Part shown: in pieces, positions 20,860 through 30,310 of the stretch | How the letters are laid out: each line of letters opens with the position of its first letter | Position numbering within the stretch: the stretch's first letter is position 1 | Notes under the pieces: generated by a model | Told to the model about the DNA's origin: nothing | What the model saw: the letters and a program-made list of their open reading frames with translations, nothing else | Databases searched by the model: none | Assembly (NCBI GenBank): GCA_934183325.1 | Contig: CAKPSH010000007.1 | Coordinates: 1,029 to 65,028 of the forward strand | Direction of reading: 5' to 3' | Length of the DNA stretch: 64,000 nucleotides | From: an uncultured Clostridia bacterium | GTDB taxonomy: Bacteria; Bacillota; Clostridia; TANB77; CAG-508 | Translations under genes and position numbers: made by a program

Positions 20860-20886
20860 TTAGCAATGTCAAGTGTAGACTGCTAA
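20860..20886. promoter_or_regulatory. degenerate CIRCE-like inverted repeat upstream of htpG
   Basis: TTAGCAATG-N9-GACTGCTAA compared with CIRCE consensus TTAGCACTC-N9-GAGTGCTAA. Lies 66-92 nt upstream of the htpG start. Confidence 0.35.
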
Positions 20887-20896
20887 TTATTGTCTT

Positions 20897-20949
20897 AAAA
20901 AATGCAAGAATAGTTTTTCTAAAATAATTTTATTTTTTGCTATTCTTGC
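20897..20949 (-). terminator. stem-loop after the ABC exporter operon
   Basis: GCAAGAATAG (20904-20913) pairs with CTATTCTTGC (20940-20949), with a long loop. U-tract on the minus strand. Confidence 0.5.
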
Positions 20950-20956
20950 TTTTATT

Positions 20957-23080
20957 TTAAAGTTCAAATTGTGAATTATATAATTCTGCATATGCACCTT
21001 TTTTTGCCATTAATTCTTCATGATTTCCTTGTTCTATTATATTTCCGTTTCCTATAACTAAAATCAAATCTGCATTTTTTATTGTTGATAATCTATGTGC
21101 TATTATAAATGAAGTCTTTCCTTCTGTTAATTTATCCATTGCTTTTTGAACAAGTTCTTCTGTTCTTGTATCTACATTTGAAGTTGCTTCATCAAGTATT
21201 AAAAATGGAGTATGTTCTAACATTCCTCTTGCTATTGTTAGCAATTGTCTTTGTCCTGCTGATACACTATCATTTTCAGATATCTGTGAATCATATCCAT
21301 GTGGAAGTGTTCTTATAAAATGATCTAATCCCACTGTTTTGCACACTTCTTTAACTCTTTCATCACTTATATTTTCACTATTATAAATAATATTTTCTTT
21401 TATTGTTCCTTCAAATAACCATGTATCTTGTAATACCATTGTAAATAGTTCATGTATATTTTCCCTTGTTAATTCATTTATTGATACTCCGTCTATTTTT
21501 ATATCTCCTGAATTAATATCATAGAATTTCATTAATAAATTAACCAAAGTTGTTTTTCCTGCTCCAGTAGGTCCTACGATTGCTATTTTTTGTCCTGGTT
21601 TTGCAACAGCACTAAAATTATTTATTGTTGGTTTGTTATTATTATCATATTGAAATACAACATTTTCAAATCTAACTTCCCCTTTTACTTCGTCTTTATT
21701 TAATTTTTTAGTTATATTGCTTTGATCTCTCATTTCTTCTTCATCTAAAAATTCAAATACTCTTTCACTTGCAGCAGCTGTTGATTGTAATGATGTCATT
21801 GCTTGTGCTATTTGGCTTAATGGATTTGTAAATAATCTTACATAAGTTATAAATGCAACTATTACACCAAAAGAAATTACATTATTCATTGTTAATAATG
21901 CACCTACTATACATACTGCTACATATCCAAAGTTTCCTATAAATCCCATTATTGGTTGCATTAATCCAGATAAGAATTGACTCTTTCTATTAGCTTCATA
22001 TACACTTTTATTGTATTCATCAAATTTCTTATTTGCTTCTTCTTTTCCATTATATACTTTTACAACATTTAGGCCTGAATAAATTTCTTCAATGTGTCCA
22101 TTTAATTTTCCTAGTTCTTCTTGTCTTTTTACAAAGTATTTTTGAGATTTTCCTAGTATTGCAAACATAAGTGCAAAACCTACAATACTAGATAATATAG
22201 CTGTTATTGCCATTATCCAATTTGTATAGAACATCATTACTATAGTTCCAACAAATAATGTTGTACTACTTACTAATGTTGCTAATGATTGGTTCATACT
22301 TTGAGCAATTGTATCTATATCATTTGTTACTCTAGATAGAATATCTCCCTTTGTATGTCTATCAAAATACTTTAATGGTAAATTATTTATTTTTAAAGAA
22401 ATTCTTCTTCTTAATTGATTTGCAAATTTATTAGCTACATCTGTCATACAAATTGATTGTATAAATGTAAATAGGGCACTTAATATATATGTTACTGCTA
22501 ATAAAATTGCTATGTTCTTTATTGCTTCAATATCCATTTTAGGTTCAATAACACTTTTTACGCTTTCAGGCATTTCATCTATTTTTGAATAAATATTTGA
22601 TTTACTATCATTTTGATCTATTGTACTCATAATTTTCATATATTCAATTTGATCATCTGATGATATTGTTACACCATCTATCTCAAATTCAGGAAATATC
22701 ATACTTTTTTGTTCTTCAGTCATATTTTCTAATATGCTAAAATCAATTTCTGAACTTGTTTCATTTTCTGTATTTTCAGAACTTGGAAGTTCACTTGCTA
22801 TATTACTACTTATAGCTTTTAAATTATCACTATTCAAAACTAATCCTTCTGAAATTTTATCTGTTAATTTAGATAATCTATTTGGAGCTGAAATTGATAA
22901 TATTGCTCCAAGTATTGCTAATGTTAATGCTATATATATTAATATTCTAAAATCTTTTAATTCTTTAAATAATCTTTTTATTGCTCCTTTAAAATCTTTT
23001 GCTTTTTCAGCAGGACCTCCTCCCATTCCTGGGCCCATTGGTCCTCTTCTTCTAGGAGTAAATTTTTCATTATTAGCCAT
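20957..23080 (-). CDS. ABC exporter, fused permease/ATPase subunit (multidrug/lipid type)
   Basis: Six-TM domain with a large extracytoplasmic insert, Walker A GPTGAGKTT, signature VSAGQRQ, Walker B ILDEATS. Confidence 0.9.
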   Translation of the reverse strand: MANNEKFTPRRRGPMGPGMGGGPAEKAKDFKGAIKRLFKELKDFRILIYIALTLAILGAILSISAPNRLSKLTDKISEGLVLNSDNLKAISSNIASELPSSENTENETSSEIDFSILENMTEEQKSMIFPEFEIDGVTISSDDQIEYMKIMSTIDQNDSKSNIYSKIDEMPESVKSVIEPKMDIEAIKNIAILLAVTYILSALFTFIQSICMTDVANKFANQLRRRISLKINNLPLKYFDRHTKGDILSRVTNDIDTIAQSMNQSLATLVSSTTLFVGTIVMMFYTNWIMAITAILSSIVGFALMFAILGKSQKYFVKRQEELGKLNGHIEEIYSGLNVVKVYNGKEEANKKFDEYNKSVYEANRKSQFLSGLMQPIMGFIGNFGYVAVCIVGALLTMNNVISFGVIVAFITYVRLFTNPLSQIAQAMTSLQSTAAASERVFEFLDEEEMRDQSNITKKLNKDEVKGEVRFENVVFQYDNNNKPTINNFSAVAKPGQKIAIVGPTGAGKTTLVNLLMKFYDINSGDIKIDGVSINELTRENIHELFTMVLQDTWLFEGTIKENIIYNSENISDERVKEVCKTVGLDHFIRTLPHGYDSQISENDSVSAGQRQLLTIARGMLEHTPFLILDEATSNVDTRTEELVQKAMDKLTEGKTSFIIAHRLSTIKNADLILVIGNGNIIEQGNHEELMAKKGAYAELYNSQFEL

Positions 23081-24836
23081 TTTCCAATTCCTCCTTTGAT
23101 AATTGTGATAAAGCTATTTGTTCGTATACAGGGCAATTCTTTAATAACTCTTTATGAGTTCCCATTCCTACTACTTTTCCTTCATCTAAAACAATTATTT
23201 TATCTGCATTCATTATTGTACCTATTCTTTGTGCAACAATTAAAGTTGTAGCATCTTTAGTATATTTTTTTAATTCTTTTCTTAAAACACTATCTGTTTT
23301 ATAATCAAGTGCTGAAAAGCTATCATCAAAAATATAAATTTCCGGCTCTCTTGCTATTGCTCTTGCAATTGAAATTCTTTGCTTTTGTCCTCCAGATACA
23401 TTTGTTCCACCTTGTGACATTTCTGTATCATATTGATTTTCCATTTTTTCTATAAATTCTTTTCCTTGTGCAACTTCTATGGCCTTCTTTATTTTTTCTT
23501 CTGTGATTTCACCTTTTCCATTTTCTCCATAAGATACATTATTTTTTACAGTATCATTAAAGATTACTGCTTTTTGTGATACATATCCCAATTTATTATG
23601 AAGAAATTCTTGTGTATAATCTTTTACATTTACACCATCAATTAAAATCTCACCATCAGTAACATCATAAAATCTTGGTACTAAGTTTATTAATGTAGAT
23701 TTTCCGCTTCCTGTTGAACCAATAAATGCTACTGTTTCTCCCTTATTTGCTTTAAATGAAATATCTTTTAACAAATACTCATCTGCATCTGGATATTTAA
23801 ATGATACATTTTTAAATTCAACAGTTCCTCTCTCATCTGTTAAATCTTTATTAACTTTTCCGTCTTTAATGCTAATCTCTGTATCTAAAACCTCATTAAT
23901 ACGTTCTGCTGATACTTCAGCACGAGGTAACATCATAAATATCATTGCAAGCATTAGGAATGACATTATAATTTGCATAGCATAAGAACTAAATACTACC
24001 ATATCTCCAAATAAACCTATTTTTTCTGCCATTAAAGCATCTTTTATTAAAAATGCACCTACAAAATAAATAGCTAATGTTAAGAAATACATAACTAAAT
24101 ACATAACTGGAGAAAGTACAGAAAATGCTTTTTGGTTAAATAATTGCATATTTGTTAAATCCGTATTTACTTTTTCAAATTTTTCTTCTTGATATTTTTC
24201 TGCATTAAAAGCTCTTACAACACGTATACCAGTTAGGTTTTCTCTAGTTACACCATTTATTCTATCTATAAGTTTTTGAACTTTTTTGAATCTTGGCATT
24301 ACAATTGCCATTAATGTAGATATAACACCCAATAATACTACAATTCCTACACCTGTAATTGCACTCCATTGCCAACTTTTATTTAGAATTTTAGTTATTG
24401 CCCAAACTGCTGTAATTGGTGCTTTTATCATTAATTGTAATCCCATTGCAACTAACATCTGTATCTGCGTTATGTCATTTGTAGTTCTTGTAATTAAGCT
24501 ACTAGTAGAAAACATTTTAACTTCATTCATAGCTAAATTTCCTACTTTATTAAATATTTTTTTTCTTACTTTCATAGAAAAACTGGCAGATATATTAGAA
24601 GCTAAATATCCTACAATCACTGCTGAAATTAAGCTTCCTAAAGCACATGCTAACATATATACACCATTTGTTATTATTTCTGACATTTGACTTCCTTCTG
24701 TTTGCACTAAAACAGTAATTTCAGACATATAGTCTGGCATTTTTAGTTCTAACCATACTTGAGCTATTATTAAAACTAAACTAATTATCATCAATAGCCA
24801 TTCTTTTTTTCCTAAGTTTTTTAGTAATTTTAACAT
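23073..24836 (-). CDS. ABC exporter, fused permease/ATPase subunit (partner of the heterodimer)
   Basis: Walker [10 protein letters not shown], signature VSGGQKQR, Walker B IFDDSFS. Overlaps the downstream subunit by 8 nt. Confidence 0.9.
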   Translation of the reverse strand: MLKLLKNLGKKEWLLMIISLVLIIAQVWLELKMPDYMSEITVLVQTEGSQMSEIITNGVYMLACALGSLISAVIVGYLASNISASFSMKVRKKIFNKVGNLAMNEVKMFSTSSLITRTTNDITQIQMLVAMGLQLMIKAPITAVWAITKILNKSWQWSAITGVGIVVLLGVISTLMAIVMPRFKKVQKLIDRINGVTRENLTGIRVVRAFNAEKYQEEKFEKVNTDLTNMQLFNQKAFSVLSPVMYLVMYFLTLAIYFVGAFLIKDALMAEKIGLFGDMVVFSSYAMQIIMSFLMLAMIFMMLPRAEVSAERINEVLDTEISIKDGKVNKDLTDERGTVEFKNVSFKYPDADEYLLKDISFKANKGETVAFIGSTGSGKSTLINLVPRFYDVTDGEILIDGVNVKDYTQEFLHNKLGYVSQKAVIFNDTVKNNVSYGENGKGEITEEKIKKAIEVAQGKEFIEKMENQYDTEMSQGGTNVSGGQKQRISIARAIAREPEIYIFDDSFSALDYKTDSVLRKELKKYTKDATTLIVAQRIGTIMNADKIIVLDEGKVVGMGTHKELLKNCPVYEQIALSQLSKEELENG

Positions 24837-24857
24837 AATTTATAATCCTCTCCTTTT

Positions 24858-25292
24858 TTAATTTAACTTTTCCACATTATTTTTCATTTTTTGGATTACT
24901 TCAAAAAATATTTCTAATTCTTCTTCTGATATTCCATCAACTATCACTTTTTCAATCTCTTCAAACTGTTTTAAATGCCTTAAAAATATATTTTTAGTTT
25001 CCTCATTTAAAATAATTTTTTTTGCTCTTGTATCTTCAATATCTGTAACTCTTGTAATCAAATGATTCTTTTCCATAGTTTGCAATACTCCTGACACAGT
25101 TGCTCTTCTTAAATTTAAAACATTTTCTAAGTCCTTTTGGTATATATCTTTATCTTCGTTTTTAAAAATATATAGTAATATTTCCATTTGTGTAGGGGTA
25201 ATTTCTTTGTCTTTAATGCTTTTTTCCTTATTATGTCTCAAAATGCTTTTCTCTAAGCTTTTAATTTGATACAGAACTCTTCTATTTTTCAA
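24858..25292 (-). CDS. MarR-family transcriptional regulator
   Basis: 144 aa with a winged-HTH core (ITPTQMEILLYIF...DLENVLNLRRATVSGVLQTMEKNHLITR). First gene of the exporter operon. Confidence 0.9.
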   Translation of the reverse strand: MKNRRVLYQIKSLEKSILRHNKEKSIKDKEITPTQMEILLYIFKNEDKDIYQKDLENVLNLRRATVSGVLQTMEKNHLITRVTDIEDTRAKKIILNEETKNIFLRHLKQFEEIEKVIVDGISEEELEIFFEVIQKMKNNVEKLN

Positions 25293-25410
25293 AGTATTCT
25301 CTCCTTTCTTTTTGTGTGCATTTTATTATAAGATATTTTTTCTTTTATTGTCAATAGCCTTACAATTTTTTCACAAAACTTTCACATTTCCATTGAATAC
25401 CTCAAACAAA

Positions 25411-25531
25411 TAAAAAACAAGAATAACATTTTCTAAGTGCCAAAGGCACATAAGAAAATTTAATTCTTCCATAATTATCTTCTAAGGAAACTCACTATTT
25501 CATAGATGACTTTCCTAAGAATATAAAAAAA
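25411..25531 (+). repeat. ~118-bp terminator-associated dispersed repeat, copy 2 (full length)
   Basis: ATAAAAAACAAGAATAACATTTTCTAAGTGCCAAAGGCACATAAGAAAATTTAATTCTTCCATAATTATCTTCTAAGGAAACTCACTATTTCATAGATGACTTTCCTAAGAATATAAAAAAA. Core is identical to copy 4. Confidence 0.9.
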
Positions 25532-25567
25532 GAATTTAAAATTAACTTTAAATTCCTTTTTTATTAT

Positions 25568-25999
25568 TTATCTTTTCTTAAATAATGATTTTATTTTATT
25601 TAAAATTTTTGTAAATACTGTTTCTTTTTTCTTTATTGTTACCATAGTATTAATTTTTTGTGTATTTTCTTCTTTATTTCTATTTTTAAACATATTTTCT
25701 GTGCTATACTTTTCACTTAACTGTTTTTCATTTTCTTTTAGTACATCTTCAACCTCTTTTTTTTCTTCTTCATTTGCTATATAGTCTAAATATAATGATG
25801 TTAATAATATCGCTGTTTTTTCTTCTATATTATTTTCATTAATATCATCTAATGTATTATATTGATTAATATATTCTTTTGATTTTTGACTTTTTATATT
25901 TTCATATATTTTTGTTGGTATCTTGTTTTTTTCACTTTCATCAAGTAAATTTATAATTTCAAATAATTCTGAATATGCTTTTGCATCAATATTGCTCAT
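25568..25999 (-). CDS. hypothetical acidic/lysine-rich protein
   Basis: 143-aa ORF, overlaps the upstream gene by 14 nt. N-terminal AYSELFEIINLLDESEKNKIPTKIYENI pattern resembles an uncharacterised domain often fused to XRE regulators (recollection only). Confidence 0.55.
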   Translation of the reverse strand: MSNIDAKAYSELFEIINLLDESEKNKIPTKIYENIKSQKSKEYINQYNTLDDINENNIEEKTAILLTSLYLDYIANEEEKKEVEDVLKENEKQLSEKYSTENMFKNRNKEENTQKINTMVTIKKKETVFTKILNKIKSLFKKR

Positions 26000-27104
26000 G
26001 TGTTCCTCCTTCTATTTTTCTTTGTTCATTATCTCTTTGTATTTGATAAGAAGCCGCCTTTACCTCTTCCTTTCTAAATCCAAATTTTTTTGCAAGTGCA
26101 ATTATACTTTTTTTCAATAACCCATTAGTTTTTTCATCTTTTCCCTTACTAACAGGTTCTGCATCTCTATATAACTGTTTTCCTATTAAAATTCTTGCTT
26201 CTGCTAACCCATACAGATTTGGATGTGCTGTTAAGAATTCTTCTTTTCCCTCATCTGTTAATCCAGCTGCTAATTGTGCAACACACATTTGTCTAGCCTG
26301 CAATTTTAAAGATGATTCAGAATCTTCTAAAAATGAAATCATTTGATTTAATTTTGAATCAGAATATCCTCCTTTTCCAATCAAACCTAAAAGTTCATAT
26401 ATTTCTTGTTCTCTTCTAATATCTTTTGTTGTCATATATATATCTGTTTTTCTTTTCTCACCTGTTTGTATTACAGAGTTATATTCATCTTCTGATATTA
26501 TTACTGCATATCTATCTCCAGCTTCACCTTTACATGATTCATTTAGCAATGTTTCAAATTTTTCTTTATCTAGATCATCAGCATCTAACACATCTATAAT
26601 TGGTTTCAATGCTCTTTTATATTCTTCAGTATTTATTATTTCTCCGTTTATTTTACAATAATCAGATTTTTTTGCTCTAGCCAATGCTATCATATAATCT
26701 TCTTTTCTATATTCTAATGCATCTTCTCTACATCCTTCATCCCATTTTATTGGATCTCTTCTATACCCTTCTGTTGCGACTTTCTTATAATAAAAGTTGT
26801 TTCCCTGTTGAAACATTTCCATTAATTGTTGTGCATAAGTTTCATCTCCGTTTATTGCCGCTGTAGCATACATTGATCTTACATTTAAGCTTAATCCTTC
26901 TTTTACATATTGTTTTATTAAAATATCTCTTGCATCTCTATCTGATAAACTCATTAACATATCAGAAAGCATTCTATGAGTTCGATAAAATCCATTTTGA
27001 CTCCATTCTGAACTTTTATTTTCCTTCTTTTCAGAATGTAATATATATGTATGTAGTTCACTTATATCAGCTAATAATTTGCTATTTTTTTCAATTTCAT
27101 TCAT
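25986..27104 (-). CDS. hypothetical protein (372 aa)
   Basis: Long ORF with host-like composition. No motif recognised. Confidence 0.6.
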   Translation of the reverse strand: MNEIEKNSKLLADISELHTYILHSEKKENKSSEWSQNGFYRTHRMLSDMLMSLSDRDARDILIKQYVKEGLSLNVRSMYATAAINGDETYAQQLMEMFQQGNNFYYKKVATEGYRRDPIKWDEGCREDALEYRKEDYMIALARAKKSDYCKINGEIINTEEYKRALKPIIDVLDADDLDKEKFETLLNESCKGEAGDRYAVIISEDEYNSVIQTGEKRKTDIYMTTKDIRREQEIYELLGLIGKGGYSDSKLNQMISFLEDSESSLKLQARQMCVAQLAAGLTDEGKEEFLTAHPNLYGLAEARILIGKQLYRDAEPVSKGKDEKTNGLLKKSIIALAKKFGFRKEEVKAASYQIQRDNEQRKIEGGTHEQY

Positions 27105-27210
27105 TATGATTCTCCCTTATAATTTATATAGAATATAAAATATATTATAATTCTAATTAAAATTTTTTGCAATATTTATACATTTTTGTAATATTTTTGT
27201 AATGCTTTTG

Positions 27211-27250
27211 AAACAAAAAAATGTTAGCAGTACAACCTTACTAACATTTT
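27211..27250 (-). terminator. terminator of the heavy-metal ATPase operon
   Basis: AAAATGTTAG (27217-27227 region) pairs with CTAACATTTT (27241-27250). U-rich tail on the minus strand. Confidence 0.55.
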
Positions 27251-27256
27251 TATATT

Positions 27257-29092
27257 CTAGTTTTTTAAGACTCTTAAAGCATTAATTATTGCTATTATTG
27301 AAACACCAACATCTGCGAATACTGCTTCCCACATTGTAGCCATTCCTATAGCACTTAATACCAAAACTGCAATCTTTACAAAAATTGCAAATATAATATT
27401 TTCTTTAACAATTCTCATTGTCTTTTTTGATATTTTTATAGCATTAACTATCTTAGATGGTTCATCTGTCATAATTACTATATCTGCTGCTTCTACTGCT
27501 GCATCAGATCCCAATCCACCCATAGCTATTCCAATATCAGCTAAAGTAAGTACTGGTGCATCATTTATACCATCACCTGCAAATACAACTTTCCCTTGTT
27601 CACTTTTTTGTTTAAGTAGTTCTTCTACTTTCTTTACTTTTCCGTCTGGTAATAGTTCTGTATATACTGTGTCCATTTCTAGTTTTTTAGCAACATCTTT
27701 TCCTACATTTTCTTTATCACCAGTTAACATTACTGTTTGTTTTATATTGTTTTTCTTTAATTCTTTTATAGCTTTAAATGAATCATCTTTTATCTTATCT
27801 GCTATTAATATATAACCAATATATTCACCATTTCTGGCAACATATAATATAGTTCCAACCTCTACACATTTTTCAAAATTAATTGAATTTTCATTCATTA
27901 ATTTTTCATTTCCTACTAAAATCTCTTGATTATCTATTTGAGCTGATATACCTCTTCCAGATAACTCTTGTGGATTTTTTACTATATTTTCATCAATTTC
28001 CTTATTATATGCCTTTTTTATAGATTTTGAAATTGGATGATTTGAATAATTTTCTGCATGTGCTACCAATTTTAATAGTTCTTCTTCACTTACACCTACT
28101 GGTGCTATTTTTTGAACATCAAAAACTCCTTCTGTTAAAGTTCCTGTTTTATCAAATACAACTATCTCTGTTTGCGCCAAAGCCTCTAAGTAGTTACTTC
28201 CTTTTATTAGTATTCCGTCTTTAGATGCTCCTCCAATCCCTCCAAAAAAGCTTAAAGGGATTGATATTACAAGTGCACATGGACAAGATACTACTAAAAA
28301 TGATAAAGCTCTATACAGCCAATCTGAAAATGTATTCCATCCTAAAAATATTGGTGGAATTATAGCTATTATTACAGCAATAATAACGACTATTGGAGTA
28401 TAATATTTTGCAAATTTTGTTATAAAGTTCTCTGACTTTGATTTTTTATTACTTGCATTTTCTACTAAATCTAATATTTTACTTACTGTAGATTCTTCAA
28501 ATTCTTTTGTAACTTTAATTTTTAATAATCCATTCTGATTAATGCTTCCACTTAATACTTCATCATTTACCTTAACACTTCTTGGAACAGATTCTCCTGT
28601 TAAAGCCATTGTATCTAGCATTGAATTTCCTTCAATAATTATTCCATCTAAAGGTATTTTTTCCCCTGTTTTAACAACTATTGTTTCTCCTAATTTTACC
28701 TCGTCTGGTTCTACCTTTTCTATTTCATTATTTCTAACTACGTTTGCAAAATCAGGTCTTATATCCATTAAACTAGCAATTGATTTTCTTGATTTATCAA
28801 CTGCATAGCTTTGAAACAATTCTCCTACTTGATAAAAAAGCATAACTGCAACTGCTTCTGGAAATTCATTAATTCCAAATGCTCCTATTGTTGCTACTGT
28901 CATAAGAAAATTTTCATCAAATACTTTCCCTTTAAATATATTTCTTATTGCTTTTTTTACTATATCTAATCCCACTATAATATAACTAATTATATAAATA
29001 GCATCTGTAATATAAACATTGTTAAAAGGTACCACCATTGCAATAATAAATAAAATAAATGCTATTACTATTTTAATTGCCCTTTTTTTCAC
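27257..29092 (-). CDS. heavy-metal (Cd/Zn/Co-type) translocating P1B-type ATPase
   Basis: CPC metal-transduction motif (SCPCALVIS), DKTGTLT phosphorylation site, GDGINDAP hinge. No N-terminal HMA domain; that is encoded separately upstream. Confidence 0.92.
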   Translation of the reverse strand: MKKRAIKIVIAFILFIIAMVVPFNNVYITDAIYIISYIIVGLDIVKKAIRNIFKGKVFDENFLMTVATIGAFGINEFPEAVAVMLFYQVGELFQSYAVDKSRKSIASLMDIRPDFANVVRNNEIEKVEPDEVKLGETIVVKTGEKIPLDGIIIEGNSMLDTMALTGESVPRSVKVNDEVLSGSINQNGLLKIKVTKEFEESTVSKILDLVENASNKKSKSENFITKFAKYYTPIVVIIAVIIAIIPPIFLGWNTFSDWLYRALSFLVVSCPCALVISIPLSFFGGIGGASKDGILIKGSNYLEALAQTEIVVFDKTGTLTEGVFDVQKIAPVGVSEEELLKLVAHAENYSNHPISKSIKKAYNKEIDENIVKNPQELSGRGISAQIDNQEILVGNEKLMNENSINFEKCVEVGTILYVARNGEYIGYILIADKIKDDSFKAIKELKKNNIKQTVMLTGDKENVGKDVAKKLEMDTVYTELLPDGKVKKVEELLKQKSEQGKVVFAGDGINDAPVLTLADIGIAMGGLGSDAAVEAADIVIMTDEPSKIVNAIKISKKTMRIVKENIIFAIFVKIAVLVLSAIGMATMWEAVFADVGVSIIAIINALRVLKN

Positions 29093-29111
29093 TTTATTTT
29101 CCTCCTATGTT

Positions 29112-29333
29112 TTACATTTCCTCTATTGTAGCATCTGGTTCTTCTTTCTTTACAGCTTTTCTTACTTTTTCCATTACTTCGTCTTTTCTATCGTCAGCAC
29201 ATTCTATAACCATTCTTTCTGTCATAAAACTAATTGACGCATTATCGACTCCATCAATTTTTTGAATTGCTAATTCTAGTTGTGCAGCACAATTTGCACA
29301 ATCAATTCCCTTTATTTTAAATTTCATTTTCAT
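29112..29333 (-). CDS. heavy-metal-associated (HMA) domain protein / metallochaperone
   Basis: 73 aa with GIDCANCAAQLE (CxxC) motif. Confidence 0.85.
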   Translation of the reverse strand: MKMKFKIKGIDCANCAAQLELAIQKIDGVDNASISFMTERMVIECADDRKDEVMEKVRKAVKKEEPDATIEEM

Positions 29334-29351
29334 AAAACTTCACTCCTTTTT

Positions 29352-29714
29352 CTATCTTCTATGTTCTATATGCTCTATTCCAACTTCAAATACTTCTTTT
29401 ACATGTTCATCATCTAACATGTAAAAAACTTCTTTTCCTTTTTTTCTACACTTCACAACTCCACTTCTTCTAAGTGTTCCTAATTGATGAGATATAGATG
29501 ATTTACTCATTCCTAATATATTTGCAATATCACATACACATAGTTCATTTTTATCTAATGCATATAAAATTTTAACTCTTGTTGTATCTCCTAAAATTTT
29601 AAAAAATTCTGCTAATTTATTAAGTATTTCTTCATCTTCCATTTCATTCTTAGTTTTATTTACTAAGTCCTCATGTATTATATTACAATCACATATAAAT
29701 TCGTTCCTTGACAC
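29352..29714 (-). CDS. ArsR/SmtB-family metalloregulator (CadC-like)
   Basis: ELCVCDIANILGMSKSSISHQLGTLRRSG HTH with metal-site cysteines. N-terminal CDC motif. Confidence 0.9.
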   Translation of the reverse strand: MSRNEFICDCNIIHEDLVNKTKNEMEDEEILNKLAEFFKILGDTTRVKILYALDKNELCVCDIANILGMSKSSISHQLGTLRRSGVVKCRKKGKEVFYMLDDEHVKEVFEVGIEHIEHRR

Positions 29715-29741
29715 ATTTTCCTCCTCTCATTATCCTTAGTA

Positions 29742-29796
29742 CAGTTGAGTATTTGTTCAACTATATTTATATTATAGTTGAACAGATACTCAACTG
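29742..29796. promoter_or_regulatory. palindromic operator in the cad-like operon promoter
   Basis: 24-nt arms, CAGTTGAGTATTTGTTCAACTATA (29742-29765) and TATAGTTGAACAGATACTCAACTG (29773-29796), with 1 mismatch. Lies 28 nt upstream of the ArsR start. Confidence 0.65.
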
Positions 29797-29820
29797 TCAA
29801 TGGTTTTATGAAAAAATTAC

Positions 29821-29853
29821 AAAAAAAGTCACAGCAAAAGCTGTGACTTTTTA
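29821..29853 (-). terminator. intrinsic terminator of hup
   Basis: AGTCACAGC/GCTGTGACT hairpin (29827-29848) with a U-tract on the minus strand. Confidence 0.75.
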
Positions 29854-29868
29854 TATTTTTAATCTTAA

Positions 29869-30147
29869 TTAACCATTGTTAACTAATTCTTTTAAAGCTT
29901 TTCCTGCTTTGAAAGCTGGTGCTTTTGATGCAGGTATTTTTATTTCTTCTTTAGTTCTAGGGTTTCTACCTTTTCTAGCTGCTTTTTTTCTTGTTTCAAA
30001 AGAACCAAAACCAACTAATTGTACTTTTTCTCCTTTAACTAAAGCTTCAGCTATAACATCTGTAAAAGCATTTACATTAGCTTCTGCACTTTTCTTTGTT
30101 TCTCCTGTTTTTGCAGCTATGGCTGCGATTAATTCAGATTTGTTCAT
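29869..30147 (-). CDS. hup: DNA-binding protein HU
   Basis: [11 protein letters not shown]...[20 protein letters not shown]...[10 protein letters not shown], 92 aa. Confidence 0.95.
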   Translation of the reverse strand: MNKSELIAAIAAKTGETKKSAEANVNAFTDVIAEALVKGEKVQLVGFGSFETRKKAARKGRNPRTKEEIKIPASKAPAFKAGKALKELVNNG

Positions 30148-30310
30148 CTTTATTACCTCCTAAATGTTCGTATGTAGACTTTTATTATCTACTCCTATAA
30201 ATGATTATTCGTCAATTTCATACAAAATCCTTCTTTTTTTTTCGTGATTTTTTTGTTTTTTCTTAGAAACATCTTGTATTTCAGTTTTATTGTCTTTTTT
30301 ATACAATATT

